Below, one piece after another: positions 11,101-24,756 of a stretch of 64,000 bases of DNA. The position numbers and the translations under genes are program-made. The first letter of the stretch is position 1, and the number at the start of each line of letters is the position of its first letter. This stretch comes from Heterodontus francisci (taxonomy: Eukaryota), in NCBI RefSeq assembly GCF_036365525.1, contig NC_090404.1:12862550-12926549 (forward strand). The letters are read 5' to 3'. The notes beneath the pieces are model-generated. The model made no database searches. It was not told the DNA's origin and saw only the letters and a list, made by a program, of their open reading frames with translations.

Positions 11101-13934
11101 ATGCCCCTTATGAACTCTCATCTCACTATCATCCTGCTATCTGGCATGATTTACAAGCTGCAGATGGTGACATCATAGATTTCTTGTTTGTCACCTCACT
11201 CCATTTCCCTTGTCCTAACTTTACCTTTCTGATTTTACTTCTTTCATACACCCTGGAGTTGTCACCTGTCCAGCCTCAGCAGCCCAAAGAGAAAGCGATA
11301 GAGAAAAACAGAGAGAGAGAGCGTGCACAGCAACATACAGCTAATGAAGAACACCCTGTCACTTGATGCAACATTCGCAGCCATCAGCTCAGCTAATGGC
11401 ACTGCACGTATCTTGAAGACCATTACAGGTTGAAATCGTCACGTGCCGAATCATACAGGCACGAATGTGCTGTAGTCAGGCCAGGAGTAAAGGGTGAAAT
11501 AAACAAAGGTCACAGACCTGAAACGTTAACTCTGTTCATAATTAAACACTGTTTAATTTTTTTTTTAATGATTTTAAGTAAGGTTTATTATTATTGGTGA
11601 GGTTATTGCTACTATTGCTAGCATTTTAGTATTGGTAGGGTATGTTAATAGTGGTAAGGTAGATTAGTTTTGGTAAAGTATAATATTAGCAGTAGTGAAG
11701 TTATTATTGCCACTGGTAAGGTTTATTGCTACTGGTAGGGTTATTAGTTTAGCAGTAGCAGTGTTTATCAGTATCAGGAATTAGTTGTAGTACCCAGGTT
11801 ACTGTCTCATAGATAAAGGAATGAAATGGCTGCTCCAACCTCTACAGTGCACATCCTTTGCTATGTGGGAACTCCAGGATGCTTCTGGAGTCGTGGATAA
11901 CTACATGTGCAGGAAGTGTCATCAGTTGTAGCAGCTTGAGTTTCGGGTTTCGGCATTTGAGCAGCAGCTGGCGACACTGCGATGCATTCTTAAGGATTAG
12001 AGCTTCTGGATAGCACGTTAATAGATGTGGTCGCCCCACAACCGAAGAGTATGCAAGGAGACAGAGAATGTGTGCCCACCAGATAGTCAAGAAAAACAGG
12101 CAGGTAGTACAGGAGACCCCTGAGTGCATCTCACTTTCCAACAGGTATTCAGTACTGAATACTGAGGAAGGTAATAGTTCATCTGGGGAGTGCAGCCAGA
12201 GCCAAGGCCATGGCACCATTTGTGGCTCATCTGCACAGGGCTATACAGGGACAGGAAGAGCGATAGTGATAGCAGATTCGATAGTTAGGGGAACAGACAG
12301 GTGTTTTTCTGGCCGCAGACATGAATCCAGGATGCCAGGGTCAAGGATGTCACTGGACTGCAGAGCATCCTGAGTGGGGAGGGAGAACAGCAAGCTGTCG
12401 TGTTTCACATTGGTACCAACGACATGGGTAGAGAGTGGGATGTGGTCCTGCAGAAAGAGTTTACTGAGGTAGGGAAGAAATAAGCAAGCAGGACCTCAAA
12501 AGTTGTAACCTCCGGATTACTCTCAGTACCACGCACAATAGAAATAGGACGAAAAGACAGATGAATGCGTGCCTGGAAAGTTGTTGCAGGAGGGAAGGCT
12601 TTAGATTCCTGTGGCATTGGGACCGGATCTGGGAGAGATGGGACCTGTATAGGCCGGATGGGTTGCACCTGAACAGAGCCGGGACTGAGTTCCTTGCGGG
12701 ATGTTTTGCTAGTGCTGTTGGGGAGGGTTTAAATTAGTTTGGCAGGGGAATGGGGACCTGAAGGTAGACTCAGTTGGGACAAAATCAGAAAATAAAATGG
12801 AAAGCAGAAAATTAGAGGCTGAGACTGAAAGGCAGAGGAAACACAGATTATAAAATAAGAAAAGAGAATTTGGCAGTGCTCAAGGGTATATGCTTCAATT
12901 CAAGGAGTATAGCAGATGAGCTGAGCACACAGATAGATCCGGCGCAATATGATATCATAGCTATTACAGAAAAATGGTTTAAGGAGGGACAGGAATGGCA
13001 GCTCGACATTCCTGGTTACAGGGTTTTCAGACGTGAAAGAGAGGAGGATACAAAAGGAGGGGAGTGGCAATTTTGGTCAAAGAAACAATTTGGCTGTGAG
13101 GAGGGATGATATGTTGGAAGGTCCTTCAAATGAGGCCATATGGATTGAGATAAGGGCCAAAGAAGAGGCAATCACACTGCTAGGTGTGTACTATAGACAC
13201 CCAAACAGTCAGAGGGAGATAGGAGATCAGATATGTAGGCAAATTACTGAGGAGTGAAAGAATCATAGTAGGGGATTTTAGCTACCCCAATATGAATTGG
13301 GATAGTTTTAGTGTGAAAGGAATTGAGGGAGCAGAATTCTTGATGTGCATTCAGGAGAACTTTTTTGGCCGGTATAAAGCAAGTCCAACACGAGAGGGCG
13401 CAGTTTTAGAATTCGCTTTAGGTAATGAAGACGGGCAGGTGGAAGGAGTGGCAGTGGGCGAGCATTTTGGTGGTAGTGATCATAATTAAGTCAGTTTTAA
13501 CATCATTATGGAAAAAGACAAGGATAAAACAGAAGTTAGTGCTCTCCATTGGTGAAAAGCCAATTTTACTAAGCTGAGAAGTGATACAGCGAAAGTGGAC
13601 TGGAAACAGCTACTTGAAAGTAAATCAGTGTCAGAGCAGTGGGAGGCATTTAACTGGGAGATTCACGGGTTTCAGAGCAAACATGTTCCCATAAAGAAAA
13701 AGGGTTGGATGACCAAATCTAGAGCTCCATGGATGTCAAAGAGCATACAGGACAAGTTAAGGCAGAAAAGGAAAGCTTATGTCCGACACCGAGAACTCAA
13801 TATTGCAGAAAGCCGAGAGGAGTACAGAAAGTGGAGGGGTGAAATTAAAAAGGAAGTTAGGACAGTTAAGAGCGAGTATGAAAGAATGTTGGCAAACAAA
13901 ATCAGGGTGTTTTATCAATACATTAAGAGTAAGA

Positions 13935-14025
13935 GGCAGCTCACCACCACTTCTCAAGGGCAATTAGGGATAGGCATTAAATTCTGGCCTAGCCAGCGAC
14001 GCCCACATCCCATGAATGAATAAAA
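13935..14025 (+). mobile_element. 3' tail fragment of the LINE family seen at 27722-28880
   Basis: gcagctcaccaccacttctcaagggcaattaggga...cccatgaatgaat matches 28790-28880. Confidence 0.75.
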
Positions 14026-14110
14026 GAAGGATAACTAAGGAAAGAGTGGGACCCATAAAAGACCAAAAAGGTAACCTCTGTGTAGGGGCGGAAGATGTTA
14101 GTATTGTTCT

Positions 14111-15148
14111 TGTCACAAGAGCTTTTTTTTTATTGAAAGCTAAGCGTTCTGTGGGCTTTTAAAAACTGAGGGAAAGGATTTCTGTGAACATTGAATGCTG
14201 AAACATCGTGTTTGAACTGTGTGCACAGACTGCAAGACCTGTTTCCAAGCAACTCGGAAGATTTATGACTGTCAGGTGACTTGACTGTGAAAGTTAGTTT
14301 CACTTTTGGGTTTGATTCAGTTGTTGCTAGAGACCTGTCAGAAAGACAGCCCAAAATCTCTATCTGTTGAAAATAATTCCCTAATGAAGTTAAAAGAACT
14401 TTGAAGGAGTTGCAAATCAAATGCATTGGAACTAAACTTTTGTTGCTGTGTCTACCTGGAGAGAGAAAGCCTTGTGTTTCGGATGTCAGATGGCTGTTGC
14501 CTCAGGTCTCTGAATAACCTCTACATTAAGCCGTGAATCTCTGCATCAAACTGCCTCCTATGTTTGAAGAAGTCCTGAATTAGCAGAAATCTTGCATTTT
14601 TTAAGGGGCTTTTGCATTGAGTATGAGGACTAACACCTGTTGGTGCACCCCTGATGGAAGACCATGTGTGGCTCCTGCTGCATACGAATTGCCTTGAATG
14701 CCTACCCATCGCAGACTGTTCATTAATATCGCCTGGAGAGGCCTCGAGTGGAATCCGACTTTGGGACACCTCACCAATCCGGAAATATCCTACTAGATCG
14801 TGACAAACAATTATTTTATTATTCTTAAAAAACCATTGTAAAATCAATGAATCCTTTTCCCTGGTAAACCAGTTTTGAATGTATGTGTATGTGCACTAGT
14901 ATTAGGAAGAATAAGAAGTTATAAAATCTTTTCACCTATATATTTATCTCATTATTGTTGAAAACATAGTTAATTTATAAATAATTAACTTTGTTGTTTA
15001 AAGAAACCTGGTTTGGTGTGATTTATTCTTGGGGACAAATATTGTGTTTAATTTGGCTATTTTCCAGAAGGTGACAAACTTTACTAATATGCTGCGACCT
15101 GTGGAGTAGTGGGACTGAATTAACAGTGCATTACTCCCGCCTTGCTCC
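14111..15148 (+). mobile_element. ~1-kb solo-LTR-like insertion in CR1 ORF2
   Basis: Splits the CR1 sequence gttct|taatgaatactttg; begins TGTCAC; non-coding with an AT-rich polyA-signal-like 3' part; terminal CA not preserved. Confidence 0.5.
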
Positions 15149-17591
15149 TAATGAATACTTTGTGTCTGTGTTCACAAAACAGGGGGACAATGCAGATATT
15201 GTAGTTAAGGAATAGGGTGTGAAGGATTGAATGCGATAAACATAGGGAGAGAGGAAGTATTAATGGGATTAGCATTCTTGAAAGTTGATAAATCACCACG
15301 GCCGGCTGAAATCACCACAGGCTGTTTAAAGAAGGCAGAGTGGAAATAGTGGAAGGTCTGTCCATCATTTTCCAGTCCTCACTGGATACAGGTGAGGTGT
15401 TGGAGGGTTGGAGGACTGCTAACATTGTACCTCCGTTTAAAAAGGGAGCGAGAAATAGACTGAATAATCACAAGTCAGTCAGTCTCACCTCAGTAATAGG
15501 CCAATTATTGGTCAGTTCTGAAAGACAGGATAAACTGTTTCTTAAAAGGGCGCAGATTAATCCAGGAGAATCAGCGTGGATTTGTTAAGGGAAGATCTTG
15601 TCTGACTAACTTGATCGAATTTTATGAAGAAGTAGCAAGGAAGATTGATGAGGGTAGTGCAGTTGATGTGGTCTACGTGAATTTTAGCAAGGCTTTTGAC
15701 AAGGTCACACATGGAAGACTGGCTAATAAATAAAAGCCATGGGATCCAGGGAAATGCAGCAAAGTGGATAAAAAATTGTCTCAGTGGCAGAAAACAAAGT
15801 GCAATTGTTGATGTTTGTTTTTGCGACTGGAGGGCTGGTTCCGGTGGTGTTCTGCAGGGCTCAGTATTGGGTCGCCTGCGTTTGTGGTATATATTAACGA
15901 TTTGGAATTAAATGTAGGGGTCATGCTTAAGAAGTTTGCAGACCACACAAAGGTTGACCTTGTGGTTGATAGCGAGGAGAATTGCTGTAGGCTGCGGGAA
16001 GCTGTTGATGGACTGGTCAGGTGGGCAAATGGAATTCCACCCGGAGAAGTGTGTGTGGTCGAACATTTGGGGAAGTCGAACAAGGCAAAGGAATACACAA
16101 TTAATGGGAGAATACTGAGAGGTGTAGAGGCACTGAGGGACCTTGGAGTGAATATTCACAGATCCCTGAAAGCTGGAGGACAGGTCGATAAGGTAGTTAA
16201 GAAGACATATGGAATCATTTCCTTTATTAGCCGAGCTATAGAGTATACATTTAGGCTAGAAATGTATAACTAATTGGCTAGGCCACAACTTGAGTACTGT
16301 GTGCATTTCTGGTCACCTCATTACAGAAAGAATGTACTTGCAATAGAGAGCATACAGAGGAGATTTATAAGGGCGTTGATGGGACTGGAAAATGCAGCTA
16401 TCAGGAAAGATTGGATAGGTTGGGGTTGTTGTTGGAACAGAGAAGGCTGAGGCGTGATTTGATTGAAATGTTCAAAATTTTGAGGGGCCTGGATAGACTG
16501 GATGTGAAGGGTCTATTCACCTTAGCAGAGAGGTCAGTGACAAGGGGAATTTGATTTAAAGTGATTGGTAGAAAGATTGGAGAGAGATGGGGAAAATGTT
16601 TTTCACCCAGAGGATGGTGGGGTCTGGAAAGCAATGCCTGAAAGGGTAGTAGAGGCAGAAACACTCAACTCATTTAAAAAGGTGTCTGTATATCCACCTC
16701 AAGTGCCGTAACCTGCTGGGCTACAGCCCAAATTCTGGAATGTGGGATTAGACTCGGTGGCTCATTTTTCAGCTGGCATAGACAAGATGGGCCAAGTGAC
16801 CCCTTTCTGTTCCGTAAACGTTCTATGATTCTATGATGCTAACTTTGCAGAGGGCACGGCACAAAACTACGCCTTTGTTCCATTTCACTTGCCGTGCTGC
16901 CGACCTAGTGGCACTGCAACCGCTGCCTCCATATCTGTTGCTGCCTTTGTGTGGAGCGGTCACCATATCCGCTGCCCTCCATGTGAAGCTTGCGCAGAAC
17001 ACTCTGCAAAAACCCACAAACTTGCCTCACAGCTTCCAAAAAACAATCCAGAGTACTTCCTGACACTTTGCAAAGGCAGAATTTCTTAAAAATTGCATTA
17101 CCTGCAATTTGGCTGATAGGTTCGTTAAGGAACGCTGGTGCAAGACCCATCTTGCATCTCTGCATCTGCTGTTTGCAGAGTAATGTACCAATACGTTGTT
17201 CAGAACTGTGTGACACAAATTTGTATCCTGGCTCACGCCAGGCGGTTGTACTGTGTGACGTCAAGATAGCGTCGACTCAGTCTTTCAACACACACAGGGG
17301 GCGCCCCCATGTGCGGCCTTTTACTAATGGAACGCCGGGCGGGCTGCGCAGGAAGCGCATCATGCCTGAGCAAAGCGACGCTAGACCCTTACAACAACGT
17401 AGCAACTAATATCGGCTCCTGCTTCCTAAAGTTCTCCACCACTTGCATTTTCTCCCCTCATGTCTGGGGCTGTTGTAGACTAATTGTCAGAGATTGATTA
17501 CGATGATTAGTCAACAACTCCGTTATCTTTGAATCATGCTGCTGACAGGATGGCAGAAAGCCAACGGGACTGAAGTGCACAGTTGATAGTG

Positions 17592-18070
17592 AACATAAGA
17601 AATAGGAGCAGGATTCGGCCATTTAGCCCCTAGAGCTTGCTGCGCATTCAATAAGATCATGGCTGATCTAATTGTGGCCTTAACGCCCTTTCCTGCCTGC
17701 CCTCCATAATCCTTTACTCCCTTGTAGACCAACAATCTGTCTAACTCAGCCTTGAATGCACTCAATGACGTAGACTCCATTGTTCTCTGGAGTAGAGAAT
17801 TTCAAAGTTTAGTGACCCTCTGAGAGAAGAAATTTCTCAGCATCTCTGTTTTAAATGTGAATCAATCTAGCGAATCTTCTCTGCAATTCCTCCAATGCAA
17901 GTATATTCCTCCTTAAATAACATGATCAAAGCCACACGCATGGTCCAGGTGTGGTCCTACCAATGCCCCGTCCAGGTGTAGCAAGACTTCCCTACTTTTA
18001 TACTCCATCCCCCTTGCAATTGAGGCCAAATTTCATTTCCCTTCCTATTTATTTGCTGTGCCTGCATACA
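17592..18070 (-). mobile_element. CR1 3' fragment
   Basis: CR1 3' UTR tail and RT C-terminal remnants (SAFKAELDRLL). Confidence 0.8.
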
Positions 18071-18739
18071 CTCTGAATATTATATTCCCATTTAATTTGA
18101 CACGTTTCCTTTCAGATTTGTTTGTTTATCGTTTGCACTCCATGAGAAAGGGGTAATTTATTTTTGGTTAATTTCATTTTGTTTGATGACGCTGGGGGTG
18201 TCGTTCTAATTGGCCGATCAACAAGCGAACTAGATGCTGTTTTGTCTTTTTATTCCAGCAATTCTTCTGTTCTTATGTTTATGTACACCGGAGTGGGGCT
18301 GTGGAGCGGTGCTTAGTGAGTAGAGAACAATGCGTGGAGACAATATGTATTCCCATTTCAGAGCCTATCCTGCCCTCAAGCTACAAACTATACCCAGGAG
18401 GATATTGAGGTCCCTGCATTAAATGGTTATACTTGATGTCCAATAACAGTTGAGTGGTCAGACTCTCTGCCGTCTACTTGGAAGTAAAGATACTTCAGGG
18501 CCCGCGGGGCAGGCGGGAATGTACCAGTCCTGAGTCAGCACGGGTAACAGAACTGAAAACTAACTGAGAACATGTTGCAACATTGAATTGTGTGGTGATG
18601 CAGCGTTCCTTATACATTTTCAAAATCACACAGTGGGTAAAGATTACAGAGCGTACCTGGGAGCGGAGACCGTTTGAAATATGGACTAGAAGAACAAAGG
18701 ATGGAATATAATATGCAAGTTATATGGATTTTACAATTT

Positions 18740-20081
18740 TCATAATTTAAATAATTTCAAAATTAGACTCGGTGGATATTTCGCCCCATTCTTTACCTGC
18801 ACTCTGAATTTACTCTCAGTCCCTGCATAAATAAACGGATTGATGCAGGAACTCAAAAGCTGAAGCATAAATCCGCTTTCCTCGAGAAGAACATTTGATT
18901 CATTGAAATTGGAGCCAGAGAAATAACTAACTCTCGCAATTCGCACGTAGAGGAAAGCTATAACAATTAACAAATATAATGGGATAAAACTGCGAGACAC
19001 GGAAGAGTGAAATAACGGACTTTCTCCGATTCTGCAAACAGGAGAGTATCATTCCCATTGTGCACTGTATGTAAACAGGAGCTGACACTGGCAGATGATG
19101 AGGTCTCATTTGGTGAAAGGTCCACTTTACAATGCTGTTTTTCATCAGTCGAGCACTGTACTCTCTGGGTAAATCATCAGCTTTGTCGTATAGAGGATAG
19201 TGAAATTAAAACGTTTTGACTCAGATGCGAGAGATGCCAATGTGGAGAAAAGATTAAATGCGGACACAGTCCGGGACATTTCTGGATGTTATGAATAGAA
19301 GGACCGCCCGGAATCAGCAGCAGTTACTGTAAAACTGTCAGCAGCGGCTAATGTGGAAGAGGAGAGCCGGGATGAATCGTTGGAGACTGAGAGCAGAAAT
19401 GACCTTGCTTTTATTTCTGTAAACAATTCGATGTCTAATAATGCCCCTTTAACAATTTTATTCATTAACTTCAGTCGGTAATAATTTAATACTTGAATAA
19501 TTTCAATCAGAAAATTATTTGTGGAAATTAGTCAATGGTAATAACACAATAGACCCGCGTTTACACCCTGATAAAAATGTGATAATTCACTCACACTAAT
19601 AGTGTCAATAACATAATAGAACTATATGTACACGGTGATAACATTGTGATAATTCCCCCACTGTAACCGTGTCAATTACACAATAGAACCACATTTACAC
19701 CATGATAACAATGTGATAATTCACCCACAGAGTCACACCATCAATGGGGAGAAATTATACCAGTAAATGGAAGACATTATATGGTTAAAATGAAGAACTA
19801 ATACAGATAAAGTGATACAAAATATATATACTGGTAAAGGGGAGAAACCATACCAATTAGAGGGAAGACATTTCCCCATTAAAGGGGAAAAATTATCCAG
19901 ATAAAGGGGAGAAAGGATATCTGTATGGTGGAGAAGCTCTACTGCGAAATGAGAGCAGTGATACAGCTACCCAATGATTCCAGTAACTAATAACTAACTG
20001 CAATAGTTCACCGGGAACCACGATAGCTGCAAGGATGGGATAGTAAAGGGCAGATATCAAACCATTTGGTGATCCGTGCAT
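18740..20081 (-). pseudogene. GPR139-like GPCR pseudogene (exon 1 20081-20012; truncated exon 2 19031-18740)
   Basis: Exon 1 MHGSPNGLISALYYPILAAIVVP with GT donor, homologous to exon 1 at 34398; TATAAAT at ~20132-20138. The acceptor tttgcag joins directly to NRRKSVI..(TM6)..MLQLLSSCINPFIY (TM7), so TM2-TM5 are missing; frameshifted. Confidence 0.85.
19535..19935. repeat. Tandem repeats in the GPCR pseudogene intron (~3 x 68 bp, then short AAGGGGAGAAA-type units)
   Basis: Repeated aatagaac..tttacac..tgataa.aatgtgataattc and ggggagaaa..tatacc units. Confidence 0.7.
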
Positions 20082-20921
20082 TTCTATCAGAAACTCTGAG
20101 CGCATTCTGAACTTTCCTGAAAGGTTGTCACATTTATACTTGATGTCAGGCTCCAGGGAAATGATTAGATAATTTGATCTTTTACATTAATTACACTAAT
20201 TGGATCAAACAGATTAGTGCAGCTGCTGCCGGGATCGTGTTTATGTTTCGATAGAATTACATATTTTAAAGGTCTCTGACATGACTCTAAAGTGAAATGC
20301 CCAGAAACTGAAGTATAATCCCAGTTCCTTTTCTTCTTAAAAGATAAGCTGACAGGTGGTTGCAATGGTGAAATTGAGCCTTGTGCACGAGGAATTCCCG
20401 AGTTTAAACCTTGTCTCAGTATAAGGTATAAATGACCAGAGAGATGCTGGCCCTGAAGGAAAACGCAGCCAAGTTCTCTCTCCTGAACATTGTTCGATCC
20501 GTGTGATCGTGGGTCACATGCATCTGGCTCCAACCCCTTGTGAGACTGTACACCCAACTTTAACGCAAATGGCTGTGTGTTTATTGTGGAGAATTCCAGT
20601 TAAGCAGGGTTACTTGCACGTGACACTCTCACATGCCGTCTCACTTTAGTGCTGCTCCTTTGCTAGTTATCGAGCTTGGAAGCTATGCAGGTTTATGTCA
20701 ATACCATTGCATGTTGTTAATTACCGAGCTGTATATTCATAACCTAACGGCAAGAACCCACTTCTGAGGCGGGTGCTGTCACCGGAAATGGAGTAAGTAT
20801 ATCTGCACATAGTCCACCTGTGAACAAAAGGACAGGAGATTAAACAGGATCAATCTAAATTTGTGTCTAATACGTCCGTGTAACATCTCACCTACCCTGC
20901 AGGCCATCATATGAATGTTTG

Positions 20922-21880
20922 CATAAGAATATACGAATTAGGAGCAGGAGTAGGCCACCTGGCCCCTCGAGCCTGCTTCACCATTCAATAAGGTCATGGC
21001 TGATCTGTTTGTAACCTCAGCTCCACATTCCCGCCTACTCCTGATAACATTTCACCGCCTAGCTTATCAAGAATCTATCTACCCCGTCTTAAAAATGTTC
21101 AAAGACTGCTTCTACTGCCTTTTCAGGAAGAGAGTTCAAAAGACTCACGACCATCTGAGAGAAAAAAAGTCTCCTCACCTCTATCTTAAATGGGCGACCC
21201 CTTCTTTTTAAACAGTGACCCCTGGTTCTAGATTCACCCACAAGAGAAAACATCCTTTCCATATCCACCCTGTCAAGAACCCTTAGGATCTTCTATGTTT
21301 CAATCAGGTCGCCTCATACTCTTCTCAGTTCCAGGGGTTGCAAGCCTAACCTGTCCAAACCTTCCTCATAAGACAACCCGCTCATTCCAGGCAATTGTCT
21401 AGTAAACCTTCTCTTAACCTTCTTCCAACGCATTTGCACCCTTCTGTAAAAAAAGGAGACCAATACTACACACAGTACTCCAGATGTGGTCTTACCAATG
21501 ACCTGTATAATTGTAGCATAACCTCCCTGCTTTTGTATTCAATTCTCCGTGCAATGAGAACATTCCATTAGCTTTCCTAACCTTTTTTTAATTCATGCAC
21601 TAGGACACACAGATCCCTTTGCAAATGGACAATTTCACATTTTCCCACGTGTACTCCATTTGCCAGATCTTTGACCACTCACATAACTTATTTGTATCTC
21701 TTTGTAGCCTCCTTATGTCCCCTTCACAGCTTACTTTCCTATCTATCATTGTGCGATCAGTAAATAGAGCAACCATACCTTTGGTCCCTTCATCCAAGTC
21801 ATTTGTATAAATTGCAAAAAGCTGAGGCCCCAGCAGTGATCCCTGAGGCACACCACTCTTTCCAACCAGAGAATGACCCA
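20922..21880 (-). mobile_element. CR1 3' fragment
   Basis: SGVPQGSLLGPQLF..NDLDEG and CR1 3' tail. Confidence 0.85.
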
Positions 21881-22059
21881 TTAGCACCCTGGACTGGTGG
21901 AGTCTATTTAATCCGGTTTCGAATGGGGCCATTGAGGTGATTGAGGGTTTATAGATTTCTATATCAAAACATGAATGCCAGTTGCTGTCTTCCAGAAATC
22001 TAAATTGTAGATAATCAGACCAAGTCATTAGTTTTGATTATGTTTAAGCAAGAACGTCG

Positions 22060-22592
22060 TGGTAAGCCTTCAGGTCCAATTCTGGGCACCACTATTTTTA
22101 AGGTCGTATGGAAGGTGGAGAGCAGATTTATCAGTATGGCACCAGAGACTTTAGGTTTGTGGAGAGACTAGACAAGCTGCTATTGTTTCGAAGAAGGTTA
22201 GCGGAGATTTAATTGAGGCGTTCAAAATTCAACCGGTGTTTCTTTGGCTAGATTGCAAGTAACTGCTTCTCCTGATAGAAAGCTCGATAACCTAAGGACT
22301 AATATTTAAGAGAATTAGCAAGAAAGGCAGGGGGAGAGGAAATGCATTTTTGCACAGCGATTTGTTGTGATCTGTGTTCCGTTGTCTGAAAGTCTGGCGG
22401 AAGCAGATTCGATAGTAATTTTCAAAAGATAATTGCCTATGTACTCGGAAAGAACTAAAACAAAACAAAAACATGTAGGGCTATGGAAAGAGCGGGGTAA
22501 GTATTACGTATAGGAAACTCTTTTAAAGAGCCGGCACATACACAATCTACCAAATGGCATCAATCTGTAGTTCTAAATGGTTCTATGATTCT
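22060..22592 (+). mobile_element. Old degraded CR1 3' fragment
   Basis: caattctgggcaccacta (QFWAP), ttaattgaggcgttcaaaat, and ttctatgattcta tail. Confidence 0.65.
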
Positions 22593-22937
22593 AGTCCCTG
22601 CTTTTACCTCCCACATTATTTGTACCCAGTCATTTGAACGCTGAACAGGACTATTTTGTCCAAAGTATTCTCGAGAGACAATCATCTCCCTCCACCCCAT
22701 CTATTCAGTTGAGCGAGGTCGTGCACTTACTGCGGATGCACAGAATCTCCAATTCACTCAATTTGGAGTTTTTGGCAGCACCGCCCACAGCTCCCATTTA
22801 CTGCTCTGGCTCTGAGCCCCTGCCTTGCCTCCACTTTGTTACTGGAGTGATTACTGCCGCCGTTCTATTCTTGTCAGTAGTTGGATCAGCAGTGATCCAA
22901 CAGAGGATTTGCAGTACTGCAGAGTTAGAGACTCACC

Positions 22938-23560
22938 ATGAAGAACCGGCTCCCTCCGCTCCTCATCATTCTATCACTGCTCAGTAATATTTCCCTCCCA
23001 GTAAAAATTAATTCCCCACCACCCCCCACACCAACCATCCCCCCATCCCCCCCACCCCCCCCCCCCCATCCCACCATCACCACCACCACCCCCGCACCCC
23101 CCAATGGATGTAGCTGAGATGGTATTATTGGTGAAATAGTATTGATGGTGGTGATGACGGTTATGTTGTTCGCTATGATGATGATGGTTGTGATTATTAC
23201 TATTATTTTATGTTAGAATAGAACCAGCAAGGCACAGTGGAGCAGCCGGTTGCCGAAAAGATGGTTGAAGAGGAAAGCAGTGTCACTCTAACCTGCACTC
23301 TGAAAACAATCTCTTCTACCCCTTCTGTGTTCTGGTACAGTCAGCACCCCGCTCAAGCTCCACAGGACATGTTTTATCTCAATGCCAGGATAGTAAACAA
23401 GTAACCCAACTTCACTGACCGATTCTTTTCTCTGTTTACTAAAGCTACCAAGATCGCCAAGTTAACGATCAACCGTACCTTGATCCCTGACATGGCCGCA
23501 TATTTCTGTGCCATGATCGCCACACTGCTGCAGAGATGTAAGGAACCCCGTACAGAAATC
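22938..23560 (+). pseudogene. TCR alpha/delta-type V pseudogene (V3) with leader exon 22938-22983, V exon from ~23217, and RSS 23521-23560
   Basis: Leader MKNRLPPLLIILSLL|gtaata; GTVEQP..VTLTCTL..VFWYSQHP..DRF..LTI..DMAAYFCAM; in-frame stops (TAG just after the acceptor, TAA 23402-23404); heptamer CACACTG, 24-nt spacer, nonamer ACAGAAATC. Confidence 0.9.
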
Positions 23561-23584
23561 CGCACTAAGATTTCCAATTAGTGT

Positions 23585-23598
23585 TCAGCAGAGGGCGC
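23585..23598 (+). promoter_or_regulatory. CTCF-like motif ~25 bp downstream of the V3 RSS
   Basis: TCAGCAGAGGGCGC resembles the CTCF core CCASYAGRKGGCRS. Confidence 0.6.
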
Positions 23599-23979
23599 TC
23601 TCCACCGATACAGCGAAGCAACAATCCGGCGTCCACAAATTCACGGGGAACTTCTCAAAAGAGAAAATTACAACACGCAACAACTTGATTTCAACTCGCA
23701 TTTATGATGAAAACGTATCTTGCAAATGCATCTCTGGAGCTTTAACTCACCTTTTACCTTTCGACGCTCTTTCAGGACCTGGTCCTTCTCATCCACCGGT
23801 CGACATACTTTACTGATAATGGTATGAACTTCCTTCTACGGATACTGTTTGAAATCCAGACTGAAGTATCAGAAATACTTCGTGCACAACACAAATGCTG
23901 AATAGCCACACTGTCACTGTCCACGCTGTAAAAGTTGGGTAGATCTTGTTATCGCTGTTGGGTACAGTTCCAGTGACAC

Positions 23980-24312
23980 CATTCATCCTGTAAGGAAAGG
24001 GGGAATCAGACTTTTCTGAAGGTGTTGACCCCTTTTGTGATGCACAGTTCCACGGGCTCCATCCAGCCTGCAAGGAAAGGGTTAATCAGAGTATGTTGAC
24101 ACGTTTTGTGAGATACAGGTCCATAGGATCCATGCACCCTGTAAGGAAAGGGTTCGTCAGACTGTCCTGAAGATGTTCACTTCTTTTGTGAAGTACAGGC
24201 CCAGACGCTTTATCCATCCTGTAAGAAAGGGTTAATCAGGCTGTCCTGAAAGCGTTGACTTCTTTACGAGGTACAGTTCCAAGGACTCCATACGTTCTGT
24301 AAGTAAAGGGTT
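23980..24312. repeat. ~70-80-bp tandem repeat, ~4.5 copies
   Basis: CTGTAAGGAAAGGG anchor recurs near 23988, 24068, 24139, 24219 and 24297. Confidence 0.85.
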
Positions 24313-24756
24313 GTATCGGGCTTAACTCGGTTCCTAACACCCAGAGCCATGTGTGTCCCTTTCGAGAGTCGCTATCACAAAGGATTGGTTCCCCTCTCTT
24401 CCCTCCACAAGGTGAGGAACTTGCTGGTGTTTAGACAACTGGAATGTCCAGCTATGAACCGCTGGCAAAGTGAACAGCAGATCAACAAGCTACTTCCTTA
24501 CATACGGTGAACAATATCCAGTTCCAGCCAAACCATGAGCAGAGACCCCACGCGACTGACACTTTAACAAGGCAGCACTGACTTTAGCATGCCGACTGTT
24601 CAATGTGTTCAAGCAGTTCACGATCTTCTGATACAAGCTGTGCCGTGTTCTTATTGACACTTTAATTGTAAGGATGTATCACTCAACACAAGTATATCTA
24701 TTACTCTTCAATCTGGCGCTGCTAACATGTAGTAAAAGAGCTGCACTCAATAACAC

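Larger units (their letters stand above)
11540..16832 (+). mobile_element. Near full-length degraded CR1 LINE (ORF1 zinc-finger/SGNH esterase plus ORF2)
   Basis: ORF1 motifs ISLSNRYSVL, AIVIADSIVRG, HIGTND; ORF2 motifs DIIAITE, LLGVYYRHPN, GDF, RT and 3' tail; many frameshifts. Confidence 0.9.

Noticed and set aside
23010-23190. C-rich and (GAT/GGT)n tracts in the V3 intron as a switch-like or G-quadruplex element
   Set aside because: Short simple-sequence expansion in a pseudogene intron; no evidence of function.
23980-24312. CRISPR-like array
   Set aside because: Eukaryotic context; whole units are homologous with no unique spacers.
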